This document shows, piece by piece, positions 23,705 to 36,517 of a DNA stretch of 64,000 nt. Made by a program: the position numbers and the translations under genes. The notes below the pieces were generated by a model that was given only the letters and a program-made list of their open reading frames with translations, ran no database searches and was not told the DNA's origin. The DNA is from Monocercomonoides exilis PA203 (taxonomy: Eukaryota; Protista; Preaxostyla): assembly GCA_001643675.2 (NCBI GenBank), contig LSRY02000031.1, forward strand, positions 62,001 to 126,000, read 5' to 3'. Numbering within the stretch: the stretch's first letter is position 1; the number at the start of each line of letters is the position of its first letter.

Positions 23705-24900
23705 AAGAATGAATGAAAGAATAAGTTGTGGAATATTTATTATTATTTTCATTTATATGTTAGATTAATTAATTATGAAAATATAAAATAAAAAAATAAA
23801 AAATAGAAAATAGAAAATAAAATTGAGAAGAAAAGAAAGGAAAAGAAAAATAGGAAAATTTCAATCAAAAATTCATAATTAAAAAACAATACTCCTTTGC
23901 GAATGAGTTCATCTTGTCGTCTTCCTGATTGAAGAAGCTTGTCTTTTATCATTTCTTCCCAGCCGTTTATTTTTATTAACTGAAGTTTTAAGAACAGCGA
24001 TGCAACACAAAAAAAGAAAGAGAAAGAGAAAAAGTGAAAATATTAGATTATCATCCCCAAAAATAAAATAAGCAATTTTTTATATTTTTAGGATTTCTTT
24101 CTTTCTTTTCACTATTTTTTCTTTTTTCTAAAAATAACACAAATGGAATATGAAATTGGATAAAATACCTTTATTTGATCAAACACTTCAATTGTTGTTT
24201 GGTCTGTCCTGTCCGATTCGCCTCGATATCGCTCGTACTGTTTCTGCGTTTGCCTCGAAATCCACGCAGAAATCGGTGAATCAATGATTACCATCAAAAC
24301 AACACAAAATGATGATTTTCCAAAAAACGTAACAAGCGTCTTTACAGAAAAATACACGTCAAGCGGCATCACCATGAAGTTTTTAACAGATTTAAACGTA
24401 CTCAAAATTCCGCATGAGCTTGGTTCCGCATATTGCATTAATCTTCCTTCACCATCTCGACTTTGTTCATCTTCGCTCAGCCTCAAAGTCTTTTGTAATA
24501 AAATCTTTTTCAATACCCGATCAACGATGTTGTTCATTATTGCCTTGATTATGTCCCTTATGCGTTCAATTATCATTCGCCCTAACATCAAAAAAATGTG
24601 AATTGATGAAAGCTTGATTCCCTCCATCAATCTTCCTTCATCCTGAATAACCCACTCAAGAAACGAACTAATAATAAAATTATCCCGATAGCTTATAACT
24701 ATGCTCAACACATTAAAACTGAAACATTCACGGAAACAAGCAAACACCTTGAAATAACAGAAAAAATCATTTCTGAAAAGGAAAGCTTCCAGATAACTCT
24801 AAATGTGAGGGAAATAAGTGAAATACTAATGCGTTTTCATTTAAAGGGATATTAAAAAGCATGCACGATTTATGACAAACTGTTCCTTTTTTGTCACTTT
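19470..24900 (-). pseudogene. ABCC/MRP-type ABC transporter, multi-exon, with frameshifts and stops
   Basis: NBD2: [33 protein letters not shown]1: GPVGCGKT (~22420), LSGGQRVRI, FLLDD. TMD motif MRFFDTTP. Last intron ~19570-19730. In-frame stop at 20535 and a frameshift near 22355. 5' boundary approximate. Confidence 0.85.
23653..23700. repeat. (AG)24 microsatellite
   Basis: Pure AG run, lying immediately upstream of a minus-strand TTCAG splice acceptor (AG at 23650-23649). Confidence 0.95.
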
Positions 24901-25288
24901 TTTGTTTTTTTCTTAAAAAAGCTTTATTGCCTCTTCTTCATGCGGCTCAGAATGATGAAATGAAAAATTTTTTCACATGCAATACGATATATGTGGAATA
25001 TTTTTCAATACTTTCAACTATTCATCGAAATTCAATCCAGACACTTGGAATAAATTATTGTTGGTTCGATCAGAAAGAAACAAAAGATTTTCATTTCTGA
25101 TTCATACAGCCAATCATTGTGGCTTCTTCGCAATATCTTTTACACTTCTTTTTAAAGCAAAAATTTAACAGTTTGTATTACGATCGTTTTTATTTTGCAA
25201 GATAATCAATGTTGTTTGTTTTTATCTTTTATTTTATTATTTGTCAATCTTTGCTTTTTATTTTGAATATTTTTTGCAAAAAAACAGA

Positions 25289-26748
25289 ATGCGTTTACAA
25301 GATGATGATAAATTTGAAAAAGGAGTTCAGACCATGACCAAAAGCGAGCAATTTTCAAGTTTGTTCTTTTATTTTGATTAAGTAGTTTTGAACAAATTTT
25401 TTATTTTTTGAATGCTTTTTGAAGAATTATTTTGTGATCTGGAATGTTGCAGAGAAGATGAACAAATGCAGGAAATAGAGGGAATGAATAGATTAATTGA
25501 GGAAATGAATAAAGAAGAATTCAAATCAGTTTTCACAGAGGAGCTGTTTAATAAAATAAACAAAATGATTGAAGAAGAGAAAATTATATTGGGAAACACA
25601 ATCTTGCTGTTGAAACATGTTGGATATTGCAAAGCAATGAAACGCTTTTATGATTTTGCATTTAATGATTCTTTTTTGAGTGATCGATTTCAGGAAATGA
25701 TCGTTGATGAAAATGAAAGGAAAAAAGAAGAAAAGAACGAAAAGCTTCTGATCAATCTCTGTGAATGTTTTACTTTGCTGAATGATGATGACATTTCAGA
25801 TGAATTACGTTCAATCGCTGTGCCTCGCCTTCTGAAAGCTGCGTCAGACAAAGATGAAAGCGAGAAGACTCGAAAAGAAGTGGAAATAGCTTTGCTGGCG
25901 CTGAGCAACATTAACAAATATATTGTTTGAACACTTCTTTTTCCTTTTTGACGTTATTGAATTGTTTTTTCCCGCCTTATTTTTGATAGAAAGTGAAACA
26001 AGAACTGTATTTAAAGGAAATTACAGAAATCATCAAACATCAACAGAAACATAGAAATCTTACGCATCTGGCCTTTCAATCTGCTTGGCAATTTTTAATT
26101 AATAAATTTTTCAAAGATAGAAATTTGGAAGATACAATTGCGAATGAGCTGCATTTCGCGAGAGAAGCAGCAAGAGAATTGGATGAGCTTTCAAAGTGTG
26201 TTGATTGGAAGAGAAAGAAAGACGAGGAAAGAAGAGGAAAAGAAATGAAAAAAGTGCATATTATCAGGAGGTGGCTCGATGTAATTAATACTTACTTTAC
26301 TTGGTGCACATTGTGGAACGAGGAATGGGAATGGCTTATCCGCAGCCTTGTTCTGGTGTTTCGAGAAGCAAAGGATAATTACAGAGACATAGGCCATCAA
26401 TGCATTTTGTGCATTAGAAGAACAGCAGAAAACAGAGCTGAAATTAAAGACTTGTTGGAGAGTGGGGCAATTGATCTCATTTTGGAGGAAATCCAGCAAG
26501 CAATGTTTGATAACATAATGACATTTAATGGCTTGTTATTTTTATTGAATGTTACAAAGAAATTGAAAGAAGGCAATGACGAAATGATGAAAGTGAAAAA
26601 AAAGGCTTCCAAAAGGAAGATATTTGAAAAGATGGAGGAAGAAGGTTATGATGATGTTATCATTAACTTTTATGAAGTGATTTCTTTTCATGACAGATAC
26701 TATCGTGGATTATCAAATAATATTTCTGATTATTTTGTGAATATTTGA
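25289..26748 (+). CDS. Helical hypothetical family protein (copy B), 3 exons, 442 aa, intact
   Basis: Exons 25289-25358, 25425-25924 and 25990-26748 join in frame via GT-AG introns of 66 and 65 nt. Family motifs present. Confidence 0.85.
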
Positions 26749-27881
26749 GGAAATGAAATTCTGCGATAATTCTGTTTCTCTGAATAACAATATTTCTTTT
26801 TGGATTATTTCCTTCATCAGTTAACTATTATATGCTGTATTTTCATTTGAAAATTTTTATTGAATTGTTTTATGGATAATCAACTGATTATGTGAATGCT
26901 TGATGAAATGAAACTCCTTTGATTTCAAAACTCTGAATCGACATTTTTCTTTTTTTTTCTCAATATTTCAAAAAATAATTGATTGGAGAACTTTTATTGA
27001 TGTTTTTGTTTCCTTTTAAAAAAATGGGAAAAAAAAGAAAGAAAAATGAAAATTCTTTTCAATTCGTTGAATGGATTATTACACTCCATCATTTTCAACA
27101 AGATTCATGTTGAGCAATGAATTCAATTGTTCAGTTTTTGCCTCTTGAAGCCTCTGGTCTCCTTTGCTTATTCCCTTTCTGATTATATTCTCAATGAACA
27201 AGAAAAGGCGAAGGAGAAGAATCCAAAAGAAATGAAGAAAGAAATGTTAGTTGAAGAAATCTGTTATCAACTTCTTATGTGCAAAATGTTACAGAAATAA
27301 ATCCGATAACAAAGAAGAAAAATGAAAACCTAAGTCAAAAACTGCTTGACTGAAACAAGTCAATCTCAATCGAATTCTATCTCTGTTTTTCTTTCTCTTT
27401 TCCTCAAAAATCTTCAATAGAAGTTCCTCTCTTTTTTGTTTCATTGACCTTCTCTTCCATTCCATTCATCATCTGAAAGTTACTCAATCCCAATTCATCT
27501 GAGTTATGTGTCGTCTTCTTTGACGAAACGAATGAAGAAGAAGAAGAAAAGGAAGATCACAATTGTTGAAATAAAGACAGATGCTATGTGAATGTTTGAA
27601 TTAGTGAGGGAGAGTGTGTGAGTGAAGTCAAAGTGGAATATGAGAATGAGAAGATTGAACGAAATGAATGAAGAGCACACAATTTTTGTTGAATATTCTT
27701 CAAATTCAAGTGAAAATGTTGATTCTATGCGAATTTTTTTCATTTTTCTTTTCTCTTTCTATTTGTTTTTTTGTTCATTTTCAGCCATCTTTCTTCTTCA
27801 TCTCATTTTTCTCTTCTTCTTCAAATTTTCTTCTTTTCTGAGACAACAATGAAATGAATGGAAATGTGTAGAATATTCCAT

Positions 27882-29280
27882 CTACAGATGCATTAAATAT
27901 TCAGAAGGGATTTTTGATAATTCACGATAACCATTTTCGTTAACAAAAGAAATGAATCCACAAAAACTTGCAATGATATCTTCAAATCCATCTTTTTCCA
28001 TCTTTTCAAATATCTTCCTTTTCAACACTTTTCGTTTGGTTTCATCCGTTTCTCCATCCGTCTTTTTTTTCAATCTTTCTGAAATATTCAAAAAGAAATT
28101 CAAGCCATTCTGAATAATATCATCATCCAAAGTTGATTGCTTCATTTCTTCTGAAAATAAAACTATGATACCTTCCTTTGCAAAAGTATCAATTTTCGCT
28201 TTTTTCTTTTCTATCGCTCTTCTTAATGAAGAAAGGCAAAGATGGCATGTATATGGGTAATTATCTCTTGATGATTGATATGTCTGAACAATGCTTGCAA
28301 TCAGCCCAACAAAGTCGTCGTTCTGCAATGTGCTTGAATCGAAGAAATCACAAACCTCAAAGAGCCATCTCCCGATAATATGCGCTTCTTTTTCTCCATT
28401 TTCTTCTTCTTTCTTCTTCCAATTCACGCACTTTGTCAGCTCTTCCAGTTCTCTTGCTGCTTCTCTCGCAAAATGTAGCTCATTCACAATAACTTCTTCC
28501 AAGTCGTCATCATTGAAGAATCTGCTCATTAAAAATTTCCAGGCAGTCTGATAGGCAAGTCGAGTGAGGTTTCGATGTTCCTGGTGATATTCGATGATCT
28601 CCTTGATTTCCTTTAAATACAGTTCTCTTTTCATTTCCTATGCAAAAAAGGAGGAAAAAACAATTCAATAACGTCAAAAAGGAAATGGAAGTGAGCATAC
28701 ATAACATGTGCTAATGTGACTTAAAGCCAGCAATGCTATTTCCGCCTCTTTTTGCGTTTCCTCATTTTCCTCTTTATTCAAGGCAACTTTCAGAAGGCAA
28801 GGCACACAAATTGATATCAATTCATATGGACACCTATGGATAAGCAAAGCAAAACATTCGCAGACATCAATCAAATGCTTTTCATCTTTTTTCTTCCCGT
28901 TTTTATCAATCAATATCTCTCTCATTCTTTTGCTCAATAATGAATCATCAAAAGAAAATAATAAAAAGAACTTCAATATCTTGCAATATCCAACATGCTT
29001 CAACAGCAAGATTGCATTTTCCAATGATAATGTCTTTATCTCAATCATTTGGTGAATTTTATTGAATAGTTCTATTGTGAATACTGTTAGTAATTCTTCT
29101 TCATTCATTTCATCAATTAATCCATTCATTTCCTTGATTTTCTGCATTTGTTCCTCCTCATCGCACTTTTCAAGTCCATCAAACAATGCTTCAAAATTTT
29201 AAAGAAAGAAAGAAATGCAATTGCCAAAAATTCAAATGCAGCAATGGACGCAAACAAGTGAACTTTTCGGTGACACTCAT
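27882..29280 (-). CDS. Helical hypothetical family protein (copy C), 3 exons, intact
   Basis: Exons 29280-29256, 29188-28701 and 28637-27882 join in frame. Intron positions and phases match copy B. Confidence 0.8.
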
Positions 29281-30409
29281 TTCCTTCGACTTTATGCAAA
29301 ACGCATCATTCGGAAGATATCAACATTTTTATCAATCCAAATGAAAAGAATAATCGAGGCAGAGAAATAATGACAAATATAAAATTTACAAAACTATCTG
29401 GAAAATGTCTTTTCTCATACCATTCTTTTTATGAAAATACTTTTGGCAAGGTATTGTGAATAAAAAAATCGCTTAATACTTGTTGGTTTGTTGTAATGGA
29501 TGTTTTGATCAAAAACATTACAGAAATATATGAAGATGAATTGAATGATTTGATATTTTAAAATTCATTTTAATAACAAATCATCCGATAGATCCAGCGA
29601 AGTTTAAAAAAAATTTTGGAAAAGTATTCAAAAAAAGAACAAGCAATTTACACCACGAAAATTGGAAAAAACATTGATATAAAACATGTTATTTCTTAAA
29701 AGTTAATTATTACAACATTAACACACATTTCGGCAATAAATAAAATCAATTTTGAATTATTTTCATGAATGTTTGATTTCAAATTAAGAAAAGAGAAACC
29801 TGCTTTCTGAACGAATGCATTGAAGATCGAATAGATTTTTTTGAAACATTACGAGTAGGAAAAATGACATTAACAAAGATATGAATAGACAATGATAATA
29901 TGCAATATTTGAAGGGTTTCACGCAAGAAAAGAAGAAGTGTTAAGAAAGCGAGGAAAGGGCATTCTGTCTTTTGATTATCCAATTATCAGATTAACAGAA
30001 TTGAATTAAAAAAACAAAATTCAAAGCAAAATAAAGAAAAATGATTTCTTCCCAGACATTTTCAGATTTTGCTGTCTCTGTTGGAACAGAAAAAGACAAA
30101 GGGAAGATTCCAGTATCTGACATATTCGCTTTTTACACTCTCAAAAATTCTTATAGCGGTGAGATGAGTTGTGCAACTGTTCTTCCTGCATCCAAAATGA
30201 GGAACTTCCAATTTATTTAGTGCTCTACATAGTACAATTGCGGAGGATCGTATTTTATTATGAGTCAATCAACAGCTCCAAGCAACAACCTTTATTGCTA
30301 TTTCTTTTTTTTCCACGATTGCAGATTTAACGCTCCCGCTTCATATGGTCACGATGCAATTAATTATGGCTTTTATAATCATTTTAATACATCGAACAAC
30401 TAGTTCAAT

Positions 30410-30610
30410 GAATCTTGCGCAACGAACATTGATGAGAAGAGAGTGGGTTGTGACAACAATAATTTGGTTACAAAGAATGCAATAATGAAGTGGTGGCAAA
30501 AGGATGGATATAAATTATTTGTTGGAGTGAATGGAAACGACTCGGTTAATCTGTGTGGAATGAATAAGACAGAAGCGTTCAAGAAAGAGGATCGCATGGA
30601 GATCGGCTGA
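30410..30610 (+). pseudogene. Short fragment of a surface-protein family gene
   Basis: Translates SCATNIDEKRVGC..WWQKDGYKLFVGVNGNDSVNLCGMNKTEAFK, resembling the V..G.D...CG....PC motif seen at 14500 and 50040. Confidence 0.45.
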
Positions 30611-31072
30611 AACACAACAATAAACCCATACCAAGAGAATTTAAGGGGTTGCTTTGGAAACAACAGGAAAAACGAAACAAGAAAACACAACTAACCTGCA
30701 TTTTTCGTAACTCTGCTTTGATTACATGGGCAGCTCATTGGCTGAACGGAACAAGACAGACACTTCTCTTTCGGAACAAAAGATGGAACGTAATCTCTGC
30801 TCAGATACCTCAAGTTTCAACAACGTATGACATATCTCCCTATTCCTCATTGTTTCCCCTCTTTTTTTGTTATTCTCTTCTTCGTAGTTGTCTCCATTTC
30901 ACATTCGATAGCTTCAATGGATGATAATCGAAGCTGTTTTCCTCTTCTGCAGCAGAGTTTTCCGATCTGCTTCGGCTCTTCGTTCGGATTCAGTGCGCCA
31001 ACAGCTGAATCGGGTGAATCGGGGTGGGAGATGGAAGAAGTTGCGGACACATCACAGTCTTCAGCTCGATGA

Positions 31073-32150
31073 ATGACGCCGCCAAGAAGCGAAGAGAGAG
31101 GAGTGCAAGTTCAAATGGAAGAGGCAAAGAAGGCGGATTTCAGAAGCAAATTGAGCGCAGAGCAGAAGGAAGGAAATCAGAAGGAAGAGCCAAAGGCGAA
31201 GACTAAGATGGAGAAAGACGAGTTTTGTACATCTCAAATTTATACTTTTGATTCAAGACTTCAACATGCAGCAACAGAAAGGAGGAGGAGGGACAGGGGA
31301 AGAGAAGAAGGAGGTGATGAAAATGATGATGAACAACAGCAGGCATTTTACTCTTTTGACGGCACACCCTCATCAGCCCAGCTACACACTCAAAACATCA
31401 CAGCCTCCTCAACATTTGCTTCTCCACCTTTTTCTCCCTTGTCACACACACAATTGTCTGCCCCTTCTGATCTTATTGGAACTCCGCCGAAACCACTCAC
31501 TCCTTCATCTTCTGCCACAGACACCTCTTCACTCACTCAGAAGTTGCTCAACATATCAAGCCCAAGCTCTGCCTCTTTATCAAACATGTCTTCTTCTTCC
31601 TCTCCTTCTGCTTCTATTTCTTCCTTCTCGCTTCCACCGCTTGTGACTGTGCAGATCCCTTATGCGATTCTCGGGAAGAGCAGATTGGGCAATGCAGGTG
31701 TGTTTGCAAGCAGCAGCGTGTCAGCGACGAGGGATGTGTTTGAGCCACAGAGCATCCTTCTGAACAATGCAGCGTATGTGGCTAGCCAGGGGGGTTCGGG
31801 TGGGTGGTGAGAAGGAGGTGAAGGGAGAGAAGAAGGATGAGAAGAAGGATGAGAAGAGGAATGCAAATGAGTTTGTGAGTGATAAAGATGAAAATGGATT
31901 GTTGTCTCTAATAGATAAATGCATCTATAATGAGAAAGATGAAGAGGAGGAAGAGGAAGAAGAAGAAGAAGACTCAATTCACATAGACAATAGAAATGCT
32001 CGGAAAGAAAGGAACTCAAGAAAAAAGTTGGAGCAACAAAACAAAAGAATAAACCTGTATCGATTCAAATCACAATTAACTTTGATTCTCCATCAGAAAG
32101 CGGAAAAAAAAATAATTAGTCCAAGGTCATCAAAACGCTACACAATTACT
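31073..32150 (+). pseudogene. Low-complexity Ser/Glu-rich gene fragment, unknown function
   Basis: Overlapping ORFs 31073-31810 and 31767-32267 with coding-like composition. No recognisable domain. Confidence 0.35.
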
Positions 32151-32689
32151 CAACATTTGAAAATGTCAACACATCAAATTCTTTTTCCTCTTCTTTTCCT
32201 TTTTGTGCATCATTCAATTCCAAGAAGTGCAATAGAAATATTTATTCGAAAATTGAACAATGACTGAAATTCAAAAACACCAGAGGTGATTCAGAGTTGA
32301 CAAAAGCTGATGTGTTGGTGCGATATCAAAAAATTGGAGATTAAATCTGAATGATTTGAAAGTTGAAAGAATTAGCAGAAAACACGAATGATTGCTCATG
32401 AAAGGATATTTGGAATAAATGATTGTGGAGATGAACATCTTCAGATTTCTCAATGTGGTTCGCCTTCAACTTGTCACAGAAAATGATAAATGAATGAATG
32501 AGTTTTTAAAGAAATTCAAATTTGGAGGAGGATTCTAAGCAACAAGAGAATAAATGTCAGATGAGCAATGTTGATTTCATCAACCGCGTGTATGATGCAA
32601 ATTCTTCTATTTTATGTTCCATCAACTTTAATTTCTTCGACCTTGCCTTCATGTGCACGTAAATTCACAATTTGTCTGCTCATTCAATA

Positions 32690-33670
32690 TTATTTGCCAA
32701 CTTTCTTCACCTTCTTCAGAAGACCCATCGCGTTGTGTGTCCTCTTGTAGGGCATCTTTGATGTCCAACAATACATTGCTTTGATGCCAAGATGACCATC
32801 CACGCATTCATTGTCAGCTGTACGCCCGTTGAGAAATATAAACAAATCGACATTCCAATCACCGAATGCTTCTGTTCTGTCATGTCCAACAACCGAGTTG
32901 TCTTTCTGAGTGATGTTTCCCATGAAGGCGAACAAGGGCTCTTTCACAGAAGCGACAAATGATTCGCACACAAAATACATATCTCTTCCGACACAGGCCT
33001 TGTTGGCTGAAAACACGATATTGGTGATGGAAAAGGTTGTGGATGACACTTGTGAATCATCGTTGTACTCGATCATGAGAGCACCGCCTCTTCCTCCAGA
33101 ACTTGTAACCTCGCTCACAAAGCAGGTGGAGAAGATGGTGTTGCTTACTGAAAATGTGTTGGCAGGGGCAGATGACGCGTATGAGATGCATCCGCCATTG
33201 GTGGCAGTTTGTTGGCTCAACTGTTCTGAGTTGATGTTGGTGATGGTGCAGTTGGCGAGGGAGAGGGAGAGGGCAGGGGAGGTGGCAGAGGAGAGGACAC
33301 AGCTGGCGGGGGTGGCTGTGGAGGTGATGTGAGTGATGTTGGAGGAGTTGAGGGTGAGGGGAGCTGTGAGGGAGGTGAGGTGGAAGATGCTTTGGCTCTT
33401 GAGGATGAGACTGGTGATTGCTGTGTGGTTGAGGGCGAGGGAGCCAGCAGTGAGGAAGAAGAGGGGGGTTGTGATTGACGATGAAGATGGGGTTGTTCCG
33501 GTGATGGTGGTTGTGTTGAGGTTGAGGGAATGGGAGTTTTGGGAGAGTTGGAAGAGGATGGGAGTAATGGGATTTGAGGAGTAGTGTGCGATGGAAAGGG
33601 CAGAGACTGTGAGGGAGCCCTTGGTTTGTTGGAAGAGGGAGGAAGATGCAGTGGATCGTGTGAAGATGGT
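32690..33670 (-). pseudogene. Fragment of Thr/Ser-rich beta-helix-like surface protein, paralog of 49153-50876
   Basis: LFQQTKGSLTVSAL..TPLFFLTAGSL..ATSPALSLSLANCTITNINS..NGGCIS..GRGGALMI is nearly identical to 50350-50870 and continues past the point where that copy stops. Confidence 0.75.
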
Positions 33671-34284
33671 GATGATGGAACTGAAGAAGAAGAAGAAGAA
33701 ATAGAAATAGAAAATGTGATAAATTGATTGAAAATCGAAATTTGTGGAAAGGAACAACAAATAAAATAGAAACATTGTGAAATTCAAATCTTCGAGCTTT
33801 ATCTTTTGTTAACGTGTATTCTTCTGGAGAGAAGCCTTTGAATTTCTCACACTTTCTTCTTAACCCTCTTTCTCTATTGTAAAAAAAAAAAAAGAAAAAG
33901 AAAAAGAAAAAGAAAAAGGAGTCGGAAAACCATTTGAATCCCTCTTTTCTTTTTTGTTCCATCTCTTCAGTATTAAACTTTCCCTTATTTCCCTAGAATA
34001 ATCGTTCCTCGAAAATATTCTTCCCTTAAACCCAGTATCAAACAAGATGTTATATTTTGCTTTTCTTTTATCTTTGTGTTCTTCATATTCTTTCCCCTTC
34101 AGACAAGAATATTCACACAAGAAACTTTCATTTTTTCTTCATCGAATATTATATATACGAAACAATTAAATCAAATGGAATGACAAAAAACTATGAAATT
34201 ATTAAATTTGTGAACAGTAGGGGCAAAATTTTTTGCTTTATGAATTTTGTTTCATTCTGCTCTATTAAAAATTTTTCTCAATTT

Positions 34285-35596
34285 GGCGTAAAATATTTGA
34301 CTTCAGGCATTTTCATTAAAAAAGTTTTGCACTTTTCATTTTCTTTTTTAAATCAAAAAACTCAATAATAATGAGTCCATTTTTTGACATTCGTGAAATG
34401 TGGGAAATCTTAATGTTTCGATTTCAACAATACAAGTTCACGGAAATGAAAATCAAATTTATTTTGAGATCTTGGAAAGCGAATCAAAGTTATGAGTGAA
34501 GTAATTTTTCAATGCCTTGTTCAAAAAAAGCTTGAAAGTCCGTAATTTCCCCCATATTAATTCGACACTATCATATGAAAAAATATTTTCGACTTTAAAA
34601 GACAAAAATGAATATTTCATTGTTTTTCATGAAAATTTATTATTTTGTGCTATTTTTTTTTTTTTCTTTTCAAACTTTCTTTTTGTGAAGTGTCCATATG
34701 GCTAGTTTTTTTCGAAAACTTCCTTTTGTTTTATTTTCAAATTTTATAAAAATTTCATATTTCGATCAAATTTCTGTTTCCACTTACCATATTTTTCTTT
34801 CCTGAAAACAAAATCTTGATATTGGTTTTATTTCTATTTTTCTGAATTTTCATGAGAGAGAACAGAAAATTGATTGATATATGAAATTTTAATTTTATTT
34901 GAAAATAAAACAAAAGGCACTTTTCAAAAAAAATTTTGACATATGGAATTTGGAGATTTGATGCAGATGTTGATTTTGATGGTTATGATTCAAAAATTTT
35001 TTAAAGTTGATGATGATAATCTTTAACAAAGTGACTGCATAAAACTCAATGATGTTGCAGATTAGATAAAACATAAATTTTATCATTGGAATGGTTGGGT
35101 CTATGAAGATTGAAATAGATTTGTTGCATCACACTGAAAAGAAAGGTTCCAAACTTTATATTGATCACAAACATAATATTTGTTGTTTATCTCTTTCCTG
35201 GTTTCAAACTTGATTTTTTTCGTTTTGCATTTCAGATCCTTCCATTATGACTTTCTTTCTTCGTTCTTAACAAATTTCGTCTGTTATCATTCTTTGATCT
35301 GTATCGAATATATCTGAAATACAAAATATGGGGGATAATATGTACTTTCAAGCTTTTTATGCACAAAGCATGAAAAAATTGTTTGGCTTTTTACATCTTT
35401 TTCTTTAACAAGATTTCAAAAACAATTTGAAATTCATATCTGAAAACAAACATCACGATGTTATTCCAAAAAGTTTTGTGAAATTCCATGAATGTCAAAA
35501 AATGAACACATTTATTTCAAATTTTTTGAACACAAAAAGTTTATCAAAAGTGCATAATTTTTCAATTAAAATGCCTGAAAAAAAATATTTTGTCCC
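34285..35596. mobile_element. Two inverted ~270-bp AT|GGGG MITE units (34285-34553, 35330-35596) bracketing ~780 bp
   Basis: Both units align by eye with unit 340-611 (e.g. TTTTTGACATTCGTGAAATG and CAGGCATTTTCATT) and have GGGG/CCCC ends. Confidence 0.65.
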
Positions 35597-36517
35597 ATAT
35601 GGAAAAATGATGAATATTAAAAAGAAAAATTGACAAGTTCTAATAAAAAATTATTATGCAAAAAGTGATAGATATTCCTCCTCATTCTTTAAAAAATGAA
35701 GTTATTAAAGAAGTCAATGTGTTTCCAGGATTAAGCCTTTTCTTCATTTTCGTAAAATATCTAGCATTTGCTATCTTTTTTGCTTCTTTTCTTTCCAAAT
35801 AATCTTTTGTCATTTCATCCAAAAATCTTATATTTTATTCTGAATCTATTTCCATGAGAGGGAAATGAAGAATTAGAAAATTTGTTAGACAACTAGCAAC
35901 AGAAAAATAATCAACGATTTTTTCTATTTCAAAAACCCATTGTCTTCGAAAAACGGTGAATATAATTTTGAGAAGATTTAAAAATTGTCCAACAATCACT
36001 CTGACAAAAGTCATCTTAGGAGTTTCGATTTGTTTTGTGATAATTGCTCCTAATTCAGGCTGTGATCCAATATAAGCATAATCTGCGATTATTTTTGCAC
36101 ATTCAAATTGTGCTTGAAATATCGGATATTGATTCAAAAAAAATTAACTATTTGTGTAGAAGCAATAAATATGAAGCTAATCGTTTGAACAGTTCCAATT
36201 CTGGGATTCACTCCCACCTCTGCATTTTTATAATACATATGATGTTAGCCAGAAAAATTTTTCTCTCCGTTCTCAATATTTCTTCAAATCCAATTGATTG
36301 GTGTAACAGCTTAATCAACAATAATTCCAGTTTGTTCAAAACCAACAATTTCGTTGAGAAGAAAAGATTGAAACAAATGAGCCAGATTGTTTTTGGCAGA
36401 AAAAGTTGAACGGAATAGGCGAATTGTTGTTGATTGGGAATCTTCTTTTGGTTGTGTTTTCAAATGTGTCAAAGAATAAGATCCATGAAGAATGATATTC
36501 AGTTGTGAGAAAAGATG

